A program made the position numbers and the translations under genes. Source: a virus (taxonomy: Duplodnaviria > Caudoviricetes). Taken from it: DNA of 58,902 nt. This document shows, piece after piece, positions 46,403 to 56,600 of the stretch. Under the pieces are notes generated by a model, which saw only the letters and a program-made list of their open reading frames with translations, made no database searches and had not been told where the DNA came from. The stretch spans positions 1 to 58,902 of IMG/VR virus record IMGVR_UViG_3300032320_001902; one strand, 5' to 3'. Position 1 is the stretch's first letter, and each line of letters begins with the position of its first letter.

Positions 46403-48136
46403 TTATATTGATTGAAGGTAAAAATTCACTATTGTATATCCGCCACTTCCATCAGAAACAAACACCGTGTAAACAAACAAGCCGCAATCGCACGTTAATT
46501 GAAGGTAACCATTAGAATCATCAGGTGGAGATTCGATATACAACAATCCGCTTGATGGCGTATAAGTATAGTTATATGTGCCTGTTAATACATTGTTGGT
46601 GTAAACCTCAACAGACGATTCGCTGATGAAAACAAACTTTGTTACATCTTCTCCTACGGCAGGCAGCGATATATAAGACCCGCTATCTGGCCCTGTATAA
46701 TTAAACTTGCCAATAGAATCTAAAGTATAACCATTCAATGTTTCTATATTGCAACATTCTCCACTACAATCTTTTGTAAAATCCTCGGACACTTGTAATG
46801 TGAATATCACAGGCAACGGATTTCCTTCTGAATCTTCAATTATTGCATATCCCTTTGCACTTGTTGCGGCACAATTGAAATCTATGGTCAAATAAAATAA
46901 CTCCCTAAGTACAGGGGTTCCCATAACGGCAACATTTGATTCGCAATCAAAACTATAATTGTAGTAGTCGTCTGAGGTTATAGGTGACCAAGTATATTCA
47001 TTGCTTCCATTAAAGGTTATATACGTTCCCATAAATGCGTCATACGGGGCGGGCGGAGGGTTCAGTAAGTTGTAATTATCTCCGTTTATGTTCATTGCCG
47101 AAACAAGAAACTGCCCATTATCAAGGTCGCATATTGTACAACAAGCTTCGGGAGCAGCGCAAGTGTTTAGTGGAATTGATTCCAGTGTGTTTGAAGCCCA
47201 AGAAGATGTTGTTCCGTAGTTGTCGTAAATTGTTATATCGTAAGTGGCGTTTTGAGCCAATGCGGCAATTTCATCGCTTGTAACAGTTGTAACAAAACTT
47301 CCGCTACTTAACCCTGTGTCTGAAAAAGTATACACAATATTTCCGTTTACATAAATTCCAAAAGAATTGGGTAGTGGAGAGCCTGAATATGAAAAGTTTA
47401 TTGTCATATAAACAACTCCATCAATACAATTAAATTCGGCATCGCTTAAATAAAGCGATTCACCTCTCTTGCTTGTTGGTTCGGTGTTAACATAATCCTC
47501 GCAGTTGCAATCACAATTCTTACTCGCCTTGTTCAAAATTGACTGAACTTCGGTTGGCCCAAGACAAGGCTTGTCGGCAAGGATAACAACTTCCGAGCAG
47601 CCATTTAATGTTTTTTCTCCATAAAACCCTAATGTCACAACATTGCCACTCGCATCAGTAAGGTATATGTTTTCAAAAAACTTATCATAAGTTACTTGAA
47701 AAATATCAGCACCACTATCTATATTTAATACACTCGTAATAGAATTATATGTGTATCCAACGGTGTCTGTTGTTCCATTTGCAAACTGTTGTGTTAATTG
47801 CGTTGCATCAAAATACATCCAAGCTCCTACAACATTGGCGTTTGCACTATCATACATCTCGTAAAATGTATTTGTCGCTGCATCAAAATAACTGTTTATT
47901 ATAAACTGATTGCCTTCAAAATTCATTTGGCAACCACTTGAATAGGCCGTTACAACATCGTTTTCAGGAACATAACCCTTTACTGCATTGACATAAAGAA
48001 AGCCGTAGCCAATCTCCCTCATGTTTCCTTCACACTTTTGGCCTTGTTTTTCCATAACCAAGGAGTCGCCCATTCTTTTACCAAGGCAACACCAAGCTAA
48101 GGTGGACTGTCTTTTTATGTCGGCGGCTGTTAACAT
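46403..48136 (-). CDS. Cys-rich acidic virion protein (tail hub / spike-like)
   Basis: 577 aa in the tail module; beta-rich. Confidence 0.5.
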   Translation of the reverse strand: MLTAADIKRQSTLAWCCLGKRMGDSLVMEKQGQKCEGNMREIGYGFLYVNAVKGYVPENDVVTAYSSGCQMNFEGNQFIINSYFDAATNTFYEMYDSANANVVGAWMYFDATQLTQQFANGTTDTVGYTYNSITSVLNIDSGADIFQVTYDKFFENIYLTDASGNVVTLGFYGEKTLNGCSEVVILADKPCLGPTEVQSILNKASKNCDCNCEDYVNTEPTSKRGESLYLSDAEFNCIDGVVYMTINFSYSGSPLPNSFGIYVNGNIVYTFSDTGLSSGSFVTTVTSDEIAALAQNATYDITIYDNYGTTSSWASNTLESIPLNTCAAPEACCTICDLDNGQFLVSAMNINGDNYNLLNPPPAPYDAFMGTYITFNGSNEYTWSPITSDDYYNYSFDCESNVAVMGTPVLRELFYLTIDFNCAATSAKGYAIIEDSEGNPLPVIFTLQVSEDFTKDCSGECCNIETLNGYTLDSIGKFNYTGPDSGSYISLPAVGEDVTKFVFISESSVEVYTNNVLTGTYNYTYTPSSGLLYIESPPDDSNGYLQLTCDCGLFVYTVFVSDGSGGYTIVNFYLQSI

Positions 48137-49059
48137 TATATTGGCAATATACGATAAAGTACGGTTACTGTTATATCACTATCCCCTGCCGTTGGGTTTC
48201 CTGTATCAACCTGAACAAGCAATGGTGTATTTACCCCAATTTGAGTGTCGGTAATTGTAGAAGGAGAAGTAAGGTTAAAAGATACATTTCTTGTTACTGT
48301 TCCAAACAAAAAACCATTTGCAGTTAAACTTGCTTGGCTAATTACAGAACCTAAAGAAAGTATGTTTAATTTTCCATTTGTAGCATAAGCAGTTGTGTTG
48401 TAGGTCATACTTGCAGTTGCAGAAACTACTTGTATAGCCAACCCTGCGCCTGGGGCAGCCACAATTGTCAACGGAGTGGCATTTAGCGTCAAAACACTTG
48501 CCGTTGGAATTGTTATACTTGCATAATAAACAGTAGCATATCCACTATTTACACCAAGAGCCGTTTGCATTTGAGCAACGGTTAAGGCTGATGGATTAGT
48601 AGTTCCACCCGAAACATTCCCCAAAAAGGTTTGGTCAGCAATGGTTTGATATTTAGCATGGGTTACTGCATTGTTGGCAATAGCTGCCGTGTTTACCGAA
48701 CCTGGGCTAAAATCGGTGCTTACAATCCATCCTGTTGAAGAAGCATCGGCATACACTTGAACATCCCAAGAAGCACCATTGTAATTGCAATCAGCAAAAC
48801 AAGGTCTACCCATTTGAACATTGTTAAGAACAGTTCCCAAAATGGTTACAGTTCCACCCGCATTGGTGCAAGTGGCTTCATAACGAATCCTTACGTTCAT
48901 ATTCAAAAGTGGAGTTCCACCAAAGATAACGCTGTTGTTTGCTACAAGGGCAGCAGCACCGCCAATGACATATTCGCTAAATGTGTCAGTATCGTTAACG
49001 GTAAAGGTAGCCCCTGCTGCATTAACCGTAAAGTTTTGTGTGTTTATTACTTGTGGCAT
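48136..49059 (-). CDS. Fibre-like virion protein
   Basis: 'IANNAVTHAKYQ' repeat motif; Thr/Ala/Gly-rich. Confidence 0.55.
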   Translation of the reverse strand: MPQVINTQNFTVNAAGATFTVNDTDTFSEYVIGGAAALVANNSVIFGGTPLLNMNVRIRYEATCTNAGGTVTILGTVLNNVQMGRPCFADCNYNGASWDVQVYADASSTGWIVSTDFSPGSVNTAAIANNAVTHAKYQTIADQTFLGNVSGGTTNPSALTVAQMQTALGVNSGYATVYYASITIPTASVLTLNATPLTIVAAPGAGLAIQVVSATASMTYNTTAYATNGKLNILSLGSVISQASLTANGFLFGTVTRNVSFNLTSPSTITDTQIGVNTPLLVQVDTGNPTAGDSDITVTVLYRILPI

Positions 49060-49061
49060 TG

Positions 49062-49805
49062 TTATGCTTTTTTAAGTCCCCAAACTGAAAAGAAAATTAA
49101 AGAAAAATCATTTGCAGAAGGAGCTTCGGCAAACGGGATTAAGAACGAGTTGCCAGCAAAAGTGGGAACACTTATATCTACAATAGATTCGCAAATTTGT
49201 GAAGAACCCGCATCTATAGGTGAAATATAAAAAGAAGAAAGCGCTTGCCTATTTTGACCCGCCAACATAGTAACGTGCGACCTCACAGTCGTTGCGTCTA
49301 CTCTTGATATTTGTCCTTGTATATGATAATATGAAAGGGCTACACCATCACCATCAGTTGTGCTAAAAGTAAATTGACCAACGATTGAACTTCCACCAAG
49401 ATTTGCCGCACTATTTAAGACAACCCCAAGCTTGCAGCCTTCGGCTTTTAAACTGGCATTATTCAAGGCAACAACCATTTGGAAAAACAATCCATCTTTA
49501 TCGGCAGTCATCCATTTGTCAGAACCGCTACCTGTGGTTATTTGAACATAAGATGGAGACGAGCCAAATAGGGACTGAGCAAGTCCGCCCGTTACGTTAT
49601 TTTGAACATTTGGCTCATAAGTTAAGGTGTCCAAAATAGCAACACCGTCTTGACCATTTGTTCCGTTCGTTCCATTCGTGCCATTTGTCCCGTTTGTTCC
49701 ATTTGTTCCAGCAGTACCTTGTGGCCCTTGAGAGCCAGCAGGGCCTTGTGGGCCTCTTAATATTCCGTTGCAACAAGTGCAATTATTTGATTTGCAGTTA
49801 CACAT
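49062..49805 (-). CDS. Collagen-like fibre protein
   Basis: Gly-X-Y run GPQGPAGSQGPQGTAG(TNG)5QDG after a Cys-rich N-terminus. Confidence 0.7.
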   Translation of the reverse strand: MCNCKSNNCTCCNGILRGPQGPAGSQGPQGTAGTNGTNGTNGTNGTNGTNGQDGVAILDTLTYEPNVQNNVTGGLAQSLFGSSPSYVQITTGSGSDKWMTADKDGLFFQMVVALNNASLKAEGCKLGVVLNSAANLGGSSIVGQFTFSTTDGDGVALSYYHIQGQISRVDATTVRSHVTMLAGQNRQALSSFYISPIDAGSSQICESIVDISVPTFAGNSFLIPFAEAPSANDFSLIFFSVWGLKKA

Positions 49806-49815
49806 TTTGGTAAGT

Positions 49816-50388
49816 TTATTTACAACCGCAGTCGCAGTCAGAACAATATTTCTTTAACTTTTTAATCATATCCAATATGGCAGCAATATTCACCCCGCAA
49901 CAAGTCGTTGCTTCAACTGATTGAAGAAGCGTCCAAATGTTGAAAAGCTCTATTGTTCCACCTTGACAACCACAACTTGCCGCAGCTTTCTTTTCGTAGC
50001 AGCAGTAGTATTCGCAGAGATTAACATAGTAATATTCGGCAGTATATACATCACCCGTGTTGGTTGTATATGTTACAACAAGGTAATAAATATCAGACTT
50101 TCCAATAGTGGCTATGTATGGAATATTGCTAATGTTCGGAAGAACAGAAGAAACATCAATCCCCGAAGTTTCAATGGAGAAAGTTTCCGTAACAGGGTTG
50201 TAAACGCTAATGTCCAATCTTGCAGAAACAATGCTTGTAATTGCCACATTCGGCAAGCCCCATCCGTTTAAATTACTGTTAGAATAAGGGCAGGTAGTGT
50301 CGTATATTTCAACCTTCGCACAATTGTTATTTATGCAAACATTAATCGAAGGTATAAGTACACTTGATGGTGCTGATGGTGTTGGCAT
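49816..50388 (-). CDS. Virion protein with a Cys-rich C-terminus
   Basis: 190 aa ending CSDCDCGCK; ATG 5 nt after TAATTTTG (50394-50401, minus). Confidence 0.55.
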   Translation of the reverse strand: MPTPSAPSSVLIPSINVCINNNCAKVEIYDTTCPYSNSNLNGWGLPNVAITSIVSARLDISVYNPVTETFSIETSGIDVSSVLPNISNIPYIATIGKSDIYYLVVTYTTNTGDVYTAEYYYVNLCEYYCCYEKKAAASCGCQGGTIELFNIWTLLQSVEATTCCGVNIAAILDMIKKLKKYCSDCDCGCK

Positions 50389-50486
50389 GGATACAAAATT
50401 ATGCTATTATAACATAGGCAATAATTGCATTCAATTTCGTGTCGCTTTTATTGACTTAACTTATTGGAAATGTGTATATTTGCATT

Positions 50487-50654
50487 ATGCCAAGAAAAAA
50501 GCTACCACCCGAACTAAAGAAAGTTGCAGTTAGGGTTTATATCAAACAGAAAGATATTGAACTTCTTGGCGGAGTTTACAAAACACAAGACTTTTGCCAA
50601 ACATCTGTTGACGAAAGAATATTGAAGTACAAAAGAAAGGCAGGGTTGATTTAG
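50487..50654 (+). CDS. Small DNA-binding-like protein (55 aa)
   Basis: MPRKKLPPELKKVAVRVYIKQKDIELLGG...; ATG 4 nt after TATATTTG (50475-50482). Confidence 0.6.
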   Translation: MPRKKLPPELKKVAVRVYIKQKDIELLGGVYKTQDFCQTSVDERILKYKRKAGLI

Positions 50655-53600
50655 TATTCAACAGGCAAGCCAAGGACTTTTGGATTTATTCCATAAGTTT
50701 CTTTTAGTTCCAAAGAAAGCCCTTCGGCATTTCCCATAAAGTTTTGTTTGCTCATATCGCCCCTGCCATACAGCATATTTATTGCTGCTATGTCTTTTGC
50801 CAATTCAAACACTCCGTTTGCCTTTACTCTAAAATCTTCCTTACTCATATTCTCCAAATTGTCTTGACCTACTTGTTCAAAGATAAAGCCTGCGTATGAA
50901 GCTTGCAATTTGGCTATCTTATCAATTAAATTATCATCAAGCGCATAGTCGCCTTCGGGGGCTTTGTAAGATGCGGAATTGAAATATTTCAAATTCTTTA
51001 AATATCCCTTCCTTCTTGCTGTATCATAAAATGTGTTGCCTTCTGTTGGCTCGGTGTAAAGACCTGGGAATTTCCATCTTTCATTTATAGGTTTGCCAAA
51101 GTGGTCATATTTTTTTCCTACAAATTGGTCAAAGTATGGAATATCTTTAAACATTCTATCGTAAACCGTTTTAGGTCTTGCGCTTTCTGTCATATCCATA
51201 AAGCCTTTGTATTGCCTATATTGACCTGGAACAAAGTTAGGAACAACTATATTTCTCAAAGCTTTTGTGCCTTGAATCTTCATATTTTCTACAGCCGCTT
51301 TCTCAAGAGTTTCGCCTTCTTTCCTTACCCTTGACCTTTCTCCAATATTAAGCAAATCAACCAACCCTTGAATTGCAGACATATCTTTAATAAATAAAAG
51401 CAAGCCAGCCGTTCCTGTAATTATTTTTTCTCCTATCTCTAATTCTCTTTCAGGAATATCGCCCTCTTCGCCATATCTTTCTTGGTCTGAAATAAACCCT
51501 GTTGGTAAAAACAAAGTTTTAAATGGGCTGTCTAAATAACTAATTCTTGCGCCCATAAAATCTATTGTATATGGCTCGTATTTATTAATTCCTGACAGTC
51601 TTTTTATCTTTTCGTTTTTTCTATAATTCCCTGTTCCGTCAGCATAAACAATTAATACAGGTCTTTCTCCTTCATCATCATCATCGTATTTGATTTTTGT
51701 CAAGGCGTATACAGCCATCATCCCAATTGTAGATGCAGTTGCTTTTGCCATTATGTTCCTTCTTCTTATGGGGTCTATATTAACATCAAGTCCTTGTGTT
51801 TTTGCCCAATCTTCGGGCGCAAAAGACTCTTTTCCTGTAAAGGCATTATAGAATCCTAATGGAGATGCTTCTATTGCCTGATTTACAAGGTTTAAAGGAA
51901 CTTTAACGAAAGGAGATTCGACAAGTTTAACAAGTCCAAAAAACTTTCCAAACCACATTGCAAACTTGTAAAAAAGAAAAGCATTACCTGTTGGTATACC
52001 TGTTAATAGTGAAACACTTGCAAGGTTTTCAGCTTGTTCTTTTGAAGAAATAAAATCTAAGTTTCTTTGTTTAAGTAAATAAAAGTTTCTTCTAAAATTT
52101 CTGTAAACCTCATTGCTATTTTTGCCCTTGTAAACGGGCTTATTGTTTGAATCAAACAAGGGTTGAGATTCAGGTATTCCATAAAACTCTTTCGTTTGCT
52201 TTTCTGAAAGACTTCTTAACTCTTCAAACTTTGAGCCATAAGCTCCATTTCCGTCCAAGGCGTTTTCTATTTGACGTATCACCTCGGCTTTGCTGATTCT
52301 TTGCCCAGGGTTTTGTTTTTCAAAATCAGCTTTTAATTCTTTCGCCATATAGACAACTGAATTGGCTCTTTTTAAAGGGAACATTAAAGCAGAATCGAGC
52401 GCAGCTAAAAATCTTGTAGGTATAGAGGCGTAAACACCCCAACCTTTCATTGCCTTGTTGGCATTAGTCTCTGCTGCCTTTCTTTCAGAATACGACCTTT
52501 GCGATGGTTGCTCTGTTGATTTTGGATAACCTGTTCTTATAATACTCAAAGCCTCGTCTATACCCTCTGGCAATCCCTTTACAAATTGTTTTGCCATCAA
52601 TGTAGCATACCTTGGGTTTGTTAGACCTGTCAGTCCTAATGCACCTAATGATTGAGGTATATTGAATACTGTGTTTTTTAAATGTGTGCTAATATCATAA
52701 AGCATATTGGCATAGGTTTGCCCCTTAAATATTTCCCAAATAGCACTTTCTTTTTGATGATTTGCAAGCCAATCCTCCAAGTTAATCATTGCAATTTGCC
52801 TATACAACGGAGCACCCTTACTTGCAAATATTTGTTTGGCAAAACTATCAAGAGCGGCTTTTACATCAACACTTTCAATATTTATTAAGCCCAATTTTTC
52901 TGTGATAACTTTTTCAAAATCAAAGTTAGGGTCAAATTGGCTTTGCCTAAGAGCTACGTTTATAGCCTCTATGGTCATTTTAACTTTTCTTCCTTCAAAT
53001 AGTCTATTTACTAAAGATTGTTCTTTTACTTTAAAAATCCTTTCTGTTGCGTTTTCAACATAATTTTTTATTATTCTATCATAGGCTGCTTGCATTTCTT
53101 TTGCAATAGGCTCAAGATAGTTTCTATCAAGCCCTGTTTTCTGTTCAAGGTAGTCAACCAAATCGCCCCTTACTTTAATATCTGCATCGTAATAATCCTT
53201 TGCGATATTCATAAGCTCTGCCGTATAATCTTCTCCTATTGTAGAACGAAGGGCTTGTCTTGTGGCAAGGTCTGCTGTCTTTTGATTGAATGGATTGCTC
53301 GATATTCCATACAAGGCTTGTTCAAACAGATTTAGCATATACGGGTCGTCCTTGTATTCGTTTCGTATATCCTTCGCTGTTTGTTCTAAAACCTCATCAT
53401 ACTTATCTCTATTGTTTAAAATTTCAACAAGAGCATCCACATTGTCTTTGGCGGCAATAGTTCTTGCTTGCTTGCTTATAGCCTCATCAATGCTTGAACT
53501 TATATTCTGTTTAAGCCTATTAGCAAATTCCTCTAAAGCCATTTTTTGCTGAGGAATTTTATCCATAACCCTTGACTTTAATTTTTCCTTTAAAGCCTCA

Positions 53601-56600
53601 ACAGCACTATCTCTTCTTTGTTTCCAAACAGGGAGATTTGCTTTCTTTTTTTCTTTTGAAAAGACCGCAGCTTCTCTTACTTTTTCCCTTGCAGATTCAA
53701 CCTCCATATCCCACTTGTCTTGACCTTTCTTGACTTTTTGGTCAATATCATTACTGATAGAGTCTACAAGCCTTTCTGCCTCCTCCCTTATTAGCCCTGT
53801 TTGAAAAATTATCTTTTCAATAACATCTTCCTTTAATTGCTCAATTCCTTTAAAGCCCTTTGCCTTTAGATATATGAATGTTTTTATTGACTTACCTACT
53901 ATGTCGCTTACTACATTGGATACAAGAGCGTCTGAAAAAGGTTGTTCGTAAACCCTTCCAATTAGTTCATCAAGTTTAGTAAGAGATTCAATTCTTTCTT
54001 GTCTTTTGTCAATAGAAATACCTTCCTCATCTGGGTTGTATTTTTCTAAAAACTCCGCCCTTGCTTGTAAAAGAACTTGTTCATATTTCTCTGTGTTTTG
54101 AAAAACATCTCTCAGTATGTCAATGTCAGCTCTTTTTTCTGCCGCCGCTTTTTCTTCTTTTGTTTTTAGTTCTCCTTTGAAGTTTTTAACAAGACCTTTT
54201 ATGAATAAATCAAGTGCGGCATCTTCGCTTCTTTTACCCTGAATTTCAATCAAGCTGTTTGCGATATTCTCTGCTGCTTGCTTTTTGTATTTACCCCATA
54301 GACCTTTATTTGCCTCAGTAAGCGATTTTACAATCTTTTCTGTAACATTGGCAGGCATAGACTTGCCAAGAGCTTCTTTTATTTTATCTTTTAGTGCGTT
54401 CTCTTTTTCATACTCGATATTACTATCCTTCCCTCCTGCATCACGATAAATTTGAAATATAAGAGGCTTTAATGCTTTTTTATAAGAAGCGTTTACGTTG
54501 TTTAATATTTGTTTTGCAAATTTCTTGAAGTCGTAATTAACTTCCTTAATAACAAGCTTGGCATATTCCCTAAACCTTTCATCGCTTACAAGTTTTAATG
54601 CTTGAGGAATAACAGAAGTCACATCTAAGAAGATTCCGCCAAAGTTTTTCTTTAACTCATCGCTTAACTCTTTTTTCTTTTTCCTTTCGTTTTCACTAAG
54701 CTCGGACTTGGGAGCGGTTACATTTCTTTTCTTGTTGATTGCTTTTTCAAGGTCAACATCAGTTGAAAGTTTTCTTGAGGCAAATTCTTTTACCTTTTTT
54801 AATTCTTCTTGAAGTTCTGCAATTTTACTTTCAAGGCCAGCAAGGGCTAATTCGTTTATTGCTCTTACTTTTTTTGCCGCATAATAAGCAAAGGCTTCCT
54901 CTGAAAGTTCATAGACAACCTTCAAGGCATTCAACTGCCTACCAAGCTCCCTTGCAAGATTATCGTACAAATCAATATATTCAGCTTGCTTTTGTGCAAT
55001 AACTTTTGCTTCTTCATCAAGCCCTTCAGCCTTTAAAGATTTGTAATCATTCCCAAGCATTTTTACACTTACGCCCCATATAAGAGTAGCGGCAGAGCCA
55101 TTTATTTCGCCTTTAGCAATTTTTTCTATGAGGTTTTCCATGCCGTGCTTGTTAATAAGCTCGGTTGCCCTTTTTTCTTGTTCAGCAGGGTTTAAAGATT
55201 CAACAATATAAGTTATATCGCCCTTTAAAAGGTTAGACTTGGTGTCTTCATTAGTCTCTCCATCTAAAGCCCTTGATACTATTTTTCTAAATCTTGTTAA
55301 AGCTCCTGCTACACCTTGAGGGGTTGGCGTTGATTCTTGTTGTGGAGTAGGAACTGCCTTTTTTGCCGCTTCAATTCCTTGGTTAAACTCATCTATTGAT
55401 TGCTCAATAACAGAATTTTGATTTTCTTTTGAAAGGGCTTTAAACCAATCTTGGCTTTTTAAATATTCTTTTACAGCTTCGGCGACTTCATATCCTTTAT
55501 CTATAAGGTCGGCAACGCCATTGACCATATCGTTCCAATCAAATCCAGACTTTGTTATATTTATTTTATTGCCGTTTTTGTCAATAAATTGCTTTGGCTT
55601 TACAGTAAGATTGTTTCTAAGAAATTCGCTTATTAGTGTCGTTTTCTTTTCAAGCTCTTTTACCTTTTCTTTTATCTCCCTCTTTGCTTGTTTAGCCTTT
55701 TCCTTTTCAGCCTTTTCTTTCTCTATTTCCTTTCTTTTAGCTTCGCTTTCCTCAAACTTAGCAGCACTTGTATATCCTTTTCTTGGCGTATATTCAACAC
55801 CAAATGCTTCCTTTACCGCATCTTGCCTTGACATACCCTCTTGGGCTTCTTCAAACAACCCGCCTTCCGTTCCTTGCGTTAATTGGCTATACTTAGCAAA
55901 ACTACTCACTTCTCCACCCTTTTGCGGAATACCTGCAATTTCGTTTTGACTTGTTGCTTTATTGAAATTTTCGGCAAGTTTTAATGCCAGAGGTGTAAAA
56001 GAATCCTTTTTTGCTTTTCCTGTTTCATCAATTTGATTAGCCCAAGCCTGAAAGCCATCTACTCCGCTTGCCCTAAAATAATGTAAAGCAATTATCGCCT
56101 CTTGAACATCGGCTATGATACTTCTGCCTGCTCCTGCACTTAGTAAATATGGTAAAGACTTTTTAATACCCTCACGTTGTGTGTTGGAAAGCCCTTCAAA
56201 CATTTGAGGAAGATTAGGGTCGCCATTCTGAAACAAGAACTGTGTAAACAAGCTCTCAACGTCCTCAATACCAACAGAATTTAGTTTACCATTTGTGATT
56301 ATAGTGTTGGCAATACTTGTATTGATATACGGACGTATAAGTTGATATATCTCGTCTGCATTATCTCTAATAGATTCTTTAATTGTTTCACCCGCTGAAA
56401 TCATTTTGGCAAGGCTCGCTTTAACTTTTGAAGGAAGCCTACGAACAAGGGCAGAAGGGTCAATTCTTCTTTTCCCTGCGGTTTCAAGGTCTTTTACATC
56501 GTAGTTTCCAAGTTCAATAGCTTTTTCATCAGTTGCAATAACCTCACGAACAAGCACGGGGTTTTCCATACCTTCAACTTGTTCTTTGGTAAATCCAAAT

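Noticed and set aside
49650-49750. 9-nt tandem repeats as a DNA element
   Set aside because: Synonymous variation shows a protein-level collagen (GTN) repeat
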